Assembly (NCBI GenBank): GCA_036676395.1
Contig: JAKFCY010000002.1
Location: forward strand, 2,048,001-2,112,000
Origin: Bdellovibrio sp.
Lineage (GTDB): Bacteria; Bdellovibrionota; Bdellovibrionia; Bdellovibrionales; Bdellovibrionaceae
Length of the DNA stretch: 64,000 bases
Reading direction: 5' to 3'
In this document: in pieces, positions 59,098 to 64,000 of the stretch
Layout of the letters: every line of letters begins with the position of its first letter
Numbering within the stretch: the stretch's first letter is position 1
Position numbers and translations under genes: made by a program
The notes under the pieces: generated by a model
Told to the model about the DNA's origin: nothing
Seen by the model: only the letters and a program-made list of their open reading frames with translations
The model's database searches: none

Positions 59098-61617
59098 ATG
59101 ATGAAGCTGTTTACGGCATTTTTAAAACGCCATTTTTATATTTTAGGATTAGCCAATTTTGCATTTTTTCTGATGCTGGCTTTTTCTTATCAATCAGGTT
59201 TAAGTCAGAGCCTAAATTCACTTTTTGTGACTCAAGAGCAACTGACCAAAGAAGAAAAAGCTTTGTATGAAATCGTAAACGCTTGGCAAGAAAATATCGT
59301 GTCGCTTAAAAGCTACATTGAAAGTTCTGAATACACTGCAGATCAAAAAGTAGCGCGTTCAAATAAGTATAATCACTTTTCAACACGCAATAACTCGCTG
59401 ATGACTCAGGCACTATCATCAACACAAGCGAAGAAGGCCTCAGTTCACAATACTTTAGCCCAGCGATCGCTGAATTATGCCGACTACTTTGAATCTGTTA
59501 AAAACTTTATCGCTTCGGGCGCCACCGTTCACACAAAACTTGTGGTTGAACCGATGGATTTATTTCAAAAGAATGTCGGCGAACTTAAATTTAATAACGA
59601 ATCGACATTTTTAGCGATTAGCTTAGCTTCATTGGTCTTGTCTGTGCTTCATTTATTGTTCTTATTTAGCTCTACCCGCAAAGAAAATATTATGCTGAAC
59701 TCGCAAGTTGATACCTTTAAAAAAGTCATCAGCAATATGTCAGAAGGCGTGATCGTAACAGATAAGTACGGCTTTTTCACATTCACGAATGAATCGGCTA
59801 AAAACATCATCGGCCCGGTTGTTAATGATATTTTTTATTCAAGCTCGATTGATGTGATGGGTTTTCAGTCTGCCGATGGCCGCAAACTGATTAAAGAAGA
59901 GCTACCGATGTACACCGCGCTTAAAAAGCACATGGTAACCGAACAAGAATATGTGATTAAAAATCCGCTTCACCCTGAAGGAATTTTTGTCTCTTGCTCT
60001 AATGGCTATTATGTCGATGATAAGGGGTTAACGTCAGGCTCGGTGGTGGTGTTAAAAAATATCACGACTAAAAAACAGCTTGAGCAATTCTGGCAATCTG
60101 AAAAAGAACGTGCCGTTGAACATTCAAAATTAAAATCAGACTTTTTAGCTTCGATGTCACATGAAATCAGAACTCCGATGAATGCCGTGCTGGGTTTAAC
60201 CACCCTGCTTAAAGAAACTAAGCTTAACGAAGATCAAAAAGATTATGTGGTCACGATTCAGCGCTCGGCTAAATCGCTATTAACATTAATTAACGATATT
60301 CTGGATCATTCAAAAATCGAAGCTGGTAAATTAGATATTACCAATGCACCTTTTAGTTTAAAATCATTAGCTCACGAGATCGCTGATAACTTTAAACCTC
60401 TGGTGATGGAAAAAAACATTGAACTTAACTTAAATTTTTCAGAGCTAACCCAAGAGTCATTTAATTCTGATGCCAACCGTATTCGTCAGATTATGATTAA
60501 CTTAATTGGTAATGCGATTAAATTTACTAAAGTTGGTTCGGTTGAATTGCAGTTTATCTCTGAAGGTGCCAACACAAAAGTGATTGTTAAAGACACTGGC
60601 AGCGGCATGACTCCAGTTGAAGTTAGCCATCTGTTTCAAAAATATTTTCAGACTAAAAATGGCCAAACTGTCGGCGGCACAGGGCTTGGTTTAAATATCT
60701 GTAAACAGCTAGTTGATCTTTTAAAAGGTGAAATTGGCGTATCAAGCGAATTAGGCAAAGGCACACAGTTTTGGTTTAGCCTTCCGCTTGAAGCCTGTGA
60801 ACTGACAACTTCAGATACGACAGAAATGGATGCTGAAACACTTTTATTCGCGAATCAATTTCAAGGCGTAGTACTTATTGCTGAAGATAGCACGGTAAAT
60901 CAGAAAGTAATCACGAATTACTTATCAAAGCTTGGTTTGCAATCAGTCATCGCTAATAACGGCGAAGAAGCGATTAAAATTTATCAAAGCCATCACCCCG
61001 ATCTGATTTTAATGGATTCAAATATGCCGGTGATGAACGGCCTAGAGGCCACGAAAAAAATTATAGCTTTACAGCAGTCAAATCCCGACTTTAAAAAAAC
61101 ACCGATCGTTGGTTTATCAGCCGATGTCAGACAAGCTAATTTTGATGACAACATCAAAGCTGGTATGGCTGCATTCTTAACTAAGCCTATTGAATTAAAT
61201 AAATTAGTCGCTCTGCTTAAAACTTATTTTACGGCAACGATTGCAACGCCTAGCCAAATTGAAAAGATCAAACACTTAATGGTGGGTGATAAATTGCTTA
61301 TCGAAGTGCTATTACAAGACTTTACCGACCAGGCCCCGCATCAAATCGCTAGCTTAAGTGAATTATTGGCGGCAAATAATTATGCCGAACTTTACCAGAC
61401 AGCGCATAGCTTAAAATCAGCCGCGGCTGAACTTGATGCCCATGAGTTACACCAAATTTTAGCAACTGTTGAAAAATTAGCTGACGAGAACAACCCCTCA
61501 CTGGCGAACACTCTGGCTCGTGAAATTAGCAAAGCTCAGCTTTGTTATGCATTAGCCATTGCAGGAATCAATGAACGCATTGATGATATTAAAGCGAGTC
61601 AAAGGAAGGCCTCATGA
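59098..61617 (+). CDS. Membrane hybrid sensor kinase (PAS-HK-REC-Hpt)
   Basis: Two TM helices, [30 protein letters not shown] Hpt. Confidence 0.93.
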   Translation: MMKLFTAFLKRHFYILGLANFAFFLMLAFSYQSGLSQSLNSLFVTQEQLTKEEKALYEIVNAWQENIVSLKSYIESSEYTADQKVARSNKYNHFSTRNNSLMTQALSSTQAKKASVHNTLAQRSLNYADYFESVKNFIASGATVHTKLVVEPMDLFQKNVGELKFNNESTFLAISLASLVLSVLHLLFLFSSTRKENIMLNSQVDTFKKVISNMSEGVIVTDKYGFFTFTNESAKNIIGPVVNDIFYSSSIDVMGFQSADGRKLIKEELPMYTALKKHMVTEQEYVIKNPLHPEGIFVSCSNGYYVDDKGLTSGSVVVLKNITTKKQLEQFWQSEKERAVEHSKLKSDFLASMSHEIRTPMNAVLGLTTLLKETKLNEDQKDYVVTIQRSAKSLLTLINDILDHSKIEAGKLDITNAPFSLKSLAHEIADNFKPLVMEKNIELNLNFSELTQESFNSDANRIRQIMINLIGNAIKFTKVGSVELQFISEGANTKVIVKDTGSGMTPVEVSHLFQKYFQTKNGQTVGGTGLGLNICKQLVDLLKGEIGVSSELGKGTQFWFSLPLEACELTTSDTTEMDAETLLFANQFQGVVLIAEDSTVNQKVITNYLSKLGLQSVIANNGEEAIKIYQSHHPDLILMDSNMPVMNGLEATKKIIALQQSNPDFKKTPIVGLSADVRQANFDDNIKAGMAAFLTKPIELNKLVALLKTYFTATIATPSQIEKIKHLMVGDKLLIEVLLQDFTDQAPHQIASLSELLAANNYAELYQTAHSLKSAAAELDAHELHQILATVEKLADENNPSLANTLAREISKAQLCYALAIAGINERIDDIKASQRKAS

Positions 61618-62300
61618 AAACCGTTCTTATTGTAGATGACCAAAATAGCGTATTGTTAACTTTAGATGCTATCTTGAAAAAAGAAGGCTTCATTGTAATT
61701 GCTTGCACAAATTCATTAGATGCTTTTGAGCATCTTCAACGTGAAAAATTCGATGTGGTTATCACTGATGCTGTGATGCCCATGGGCACAAGCGGCTTTA
61801 GCTTAATTTCAACGGTTCGCTCACAGCCCAACATCAACTCTAAAGTTCCAATTCTTATGTTAACCGGAAAACGCGACCCTGCTGACGTTGAAAAAGCGAT
61901 TGCCGTAGGTGCAAACGATTACATGATTAAGCCGATTGATCCTGATGTGTTAATGCAGAAATTAAAAAAGCTTTTAGTGCAGTCTAACGAACAAGACGAT
62001 TTCGTCAGTGCTACAGTGAATAAACCAGCGTCTGTTCCGATGAAACTCAATATCACATCGACTTCTGAGATCAGCTTAAAGTTTTCTTCTGATGTGGGGT
62101 TTATTCCTGGTCAAATTTATAAAATCAGCTCGGATTTTTTTAACCTGTTTGAAAAAACGACAGTTTCAATTCGTGTGAACACGTCTGAATTGCAAAAAGA
62201 TCACTACGTGGTATCAGCAAATTATGTAGGCTTATCTGAAATAGAACTTTCACATATCAGAACGTGGATTAGAAATAAATTAATTCAGGAAAAGAAATAA
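61614..62300 (+). CDS. Response regulator with C-terminal (possibly PilZ-like) domain
   Basis: LIVDD, VITDAVMP, LTGK, IKP; ATGA overlap with the kinase. Confidence 0.88.
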   Translation: MKTVLIVDDQNSVLLTLDAILKKEGFIVIACTNSLDAFEHLQREKFDVVITDAVMPMGTSGFSLISTVRSQPNINSKVPILMLTGKRDPADVEKAIAVGANDYMIKPIDPDVLMQKLKKLLVQSNEQDDFVSATVNKPASVPMKLNITSTSEISLKFSSDVGFIPGQIYKISSDFFNLFEKTTVSIRVNTSELQKDHYVVSANYVGLSEIELSHIRTWIRNKLIQEKK

Positions 62301-62304
62301 TGAC

Positions 62305-62340
62305 TAGCCTGCAGAACTTTTAGGTCGTTCGCGCAGGCTA
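62305..62340. terminator. Hairpin between convergent genes
   Basis: tagcctgc...gcaggcta stem. Confidence 0.55.
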
Positions 62341-62357
62341 TTTAGCTAGACTATGAC

Positions 62358-63311
62358 TTAATGATTTGCGGCTTGGCGATCAGTTTTAACCGCGCCCATT
62401 TTCTTTTTCATCATAGAAACCATTTGGTCGACTTCACGGCGAAATTTACCGTCATCCATAGATAAGCCATTTAAGTAGGTGCTCCAGTGACGTACGGTGG
62501 CCGCAACAAGAACGGCTTCTTTAAGCTCATCGGCAGAGGCTCCGTTAAGTTTGGCAAATTCACCATCAATATGCGCGCAGTAATCGCAAGGCATTTGCGC
62601 ACCCACGGCTAAACCAATCATATTTTTATATTTCAAAGGTAGAGCCGTATTTGGACTGAAGTGAAAATCACGCAGACTTTTCCAGGCACCAGGTAGCGCT
62701 GGTTTATGATATTCACTTAAAAAGTTTGGTGTGAAACCATACATGTTCTGAATGTCTTTCATGGCCATATCTGCGGTTGTGATATTTGCGGCTTCTATGG
62801 CTACAGGTGATGGCGTATTTTTCTGCATTTGTGATTTCGTATTGCTGATGAGCTGGCTGACATCTTTTTTAAATGTCTCCATATTTAAATTTGCACCATA
62901 CGCGTAAGTACTCCACTTTCGCACAAGGCTTGAAATCGCCATTGCTTCATTAATTTCAGCTTCTGTTGCTCCTTGAAGTGCAGCAAATTTTTTATGAAAA
63001 TACACGCAGTACTTACACGGGATTTGTGCTGAGACGGCCAGGCCAAGAAGTTCTTTATATTTGCCGGGAATTTGCGTGTTCGGATTCATTTGCACGGCTT
63101 TCATTTCTTCCCACGCGCCCGGAAGACCTTCTGGCGGATACATTTTAAACATCGTCGGCACCATGCCTAAACTTGATTTAATATCTTCCATCGCGGTCTT
63201 ATAGGCCATTGATGGTTTAGCTTTTTCCGTGTCTTTAGCCATATCAGCAGCGAAAGCGTTACACGATAAAAGAACAGTTAAAGAAATTATAAGTTGGGAC
63301 ATAATTTTCAT
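62358..63311 (-). CDS. Exported tandem AhpD/carboxymuconolactone decarboxylase-family protein
   Basis: Signal peptide; two repeats carrying PCKYCVYFH and PCDYCAHID. Confidence 0.88.
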   Translation of the reverse strand: MKIMSQLIISLTVLLSCNAFAADMAKDTEKAKPSMAYKTAMEDIKSSLGMVPTMFKMYPPEGLPGAWEEMKAVQMNPNTQIPGKYKELLGLAVSAQIPCKYCVYFHKKFAALQGATEAEINEAMAISSLVRKWSTYAYGANLNMETFKKDVSQLISNTKSQMQKNTPSPVAIEAANITTADMAMKDIQNMYGFTPNFLSEYHKPALPGAWKSLRDFHFSPNTALPLKYKNMIGLAVGAQMPCDYCAHIDGEFAKLNGASADELKEAVLVAATVRHWSTYLNGLSMDDGKFRREVDQMVSMMKKKMGAVKTDRQAANH

Positions 63312-63355
63312 AGTGATTCTCCTGAGTAGAATTAGAATTTATGTCGTCATTAATT

Positions 63356-63371
63356 TGCAAAGGCTCAGCCA
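63356..63371 (-). promoter_or_regulatory. Putative sigma54 promoter
   Basis: Minus strand tGGctgagcctttGCa. Confidence 0.6.
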
Positions 63372-63472
63372 TTTTAAATTGGGGCAGATAAGGGCACAAA
63401 TTAACCACTTTACCCAGTGCGCCAAGCGTTTTTAGAGTGATTCTTTAACACCCATTTAGCTATGATTTTTTC

Positions 63473-64000
63473 ATGAAGAACCACTTAAGAATAATTACCT
63501 TTATATTTTTAGTATCAACTTCGGCTTTCGCTCAAAGCCCTTGGGATGAAGGCGTTGCGGTACCTGCTGGCGGCCGCACAAACATTCATAATTATTCAGC
63601 TCAGGATTTTGCAACCTATCGTGATAACGGAAAAATCCATGCGCAAATTTATCCTGTCTCGGTCACTGGCGCCCTTCCGCCTTATCAACCCGTTGTAAAT
63701 GTGATTGAAGATGATTCAGGTAATCCGTTAAAAGAAATTTTAAATGGTATAGTTCAAGGTGTTTCAGGAATTACCAGCTTTGATCAGGTCATGGCCAATC
63801 TTGGTTTACACCAATATCCGCTTGTTTCAGATACCGGAGTTTACCAAGTGCCTTACCCACGTGGTATTCGCCCCGAACACCGCATGGGGTTTGGTTTGAT
63901 CGAACGTAATGGCGCCACTGGTTTTACTTTTTCATGTGCCGCTTGCCATTCTAGCAACTTATTCGGAAAAACTGTCTTAGGCATGACGAATCGTTTCCCG
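63473..64000 (+). CDS. Secreted c-type cytochrome, partial (runs off the window)
   Basis: Own translation: MKNHLRIITFIFLVSTSAFAQ...FTFSCAACHSSNLFGKTVLGMTNRFP; signal peptide and CxxCH. Confidence 0.8.
   Translation, partial: MKNHLRIITFIFLVSTSAFAQSPWDEGVAVPAGGRTNIHNYSAQDFATYRDNGKIHAQIYPVSVTGALPPYQPVVNVIEDDSGNPLKEILNGIVQGVSGITSFDQVMANLGLHQYPLVSDTGVYQVPYPRGIRPEHRMGFGLIERNGATGFTFSCAACHSSNLFGKTVLGMTNRFP

Noticed and set aside
63585..63598. ARG-box-like TTCATAATTATTCA
   Set aside because: Single site more than 100 nt inside a coding region with no tandem partner; AT-rich chance match.
1..64000. CRISPR array, tRNA, rRNA or known riboswitch
   Set aside because: No regularly spaced repeats or recognisable structured-RNA signatures found by eye; a covariance-model search would be needed to exclude riboswitches.

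Overview
AT-rich bacterial chromosomal segment, most likely from a Bdellovibrionota (Bdellovibrio-like predator). This is inferred from three paralogous phage-tail-fibre-like MAT (mosaic adhesive trimer) adhesin genes, a DUF4423/TIGR02147-type regulator and many sigma28/sigma54 promoters. Housekeeping content: two-component signalling clusters, dinB, a cbb3 oxidase operon (ccoI-S-NO-Q-P-G-TauE), a Kef-type K+ antiporter and a divergent arginine biosynthesis cluster (argC-J-B-F-R / argG-H) with ARG boxes. Most notable: (1) the three fibre genes share one upstream architecture, a sigma28-type promoter 6-7 nt before the start codon plus a TGTCTCA-N3-TGAGACA-like palindrome; (2) they share a base module but end in three different tips, and one chaperone-less fibre is translationally coupled to a secreted beta-propeller with an aromatic N-terminal peptide, a candidate two-part fibre/tip-adhesin system; (3) an orphan, diverged DnaA paralogue; (4) a HUH/Y1 transposase-like gene bracketed by an 18-bp perfect inverted repeat and carrying related repeats inside its own ORF. 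No rRNA, tRNA or CRISPR array was recognised. All family assignments come from motifs read by eye, not database searches.
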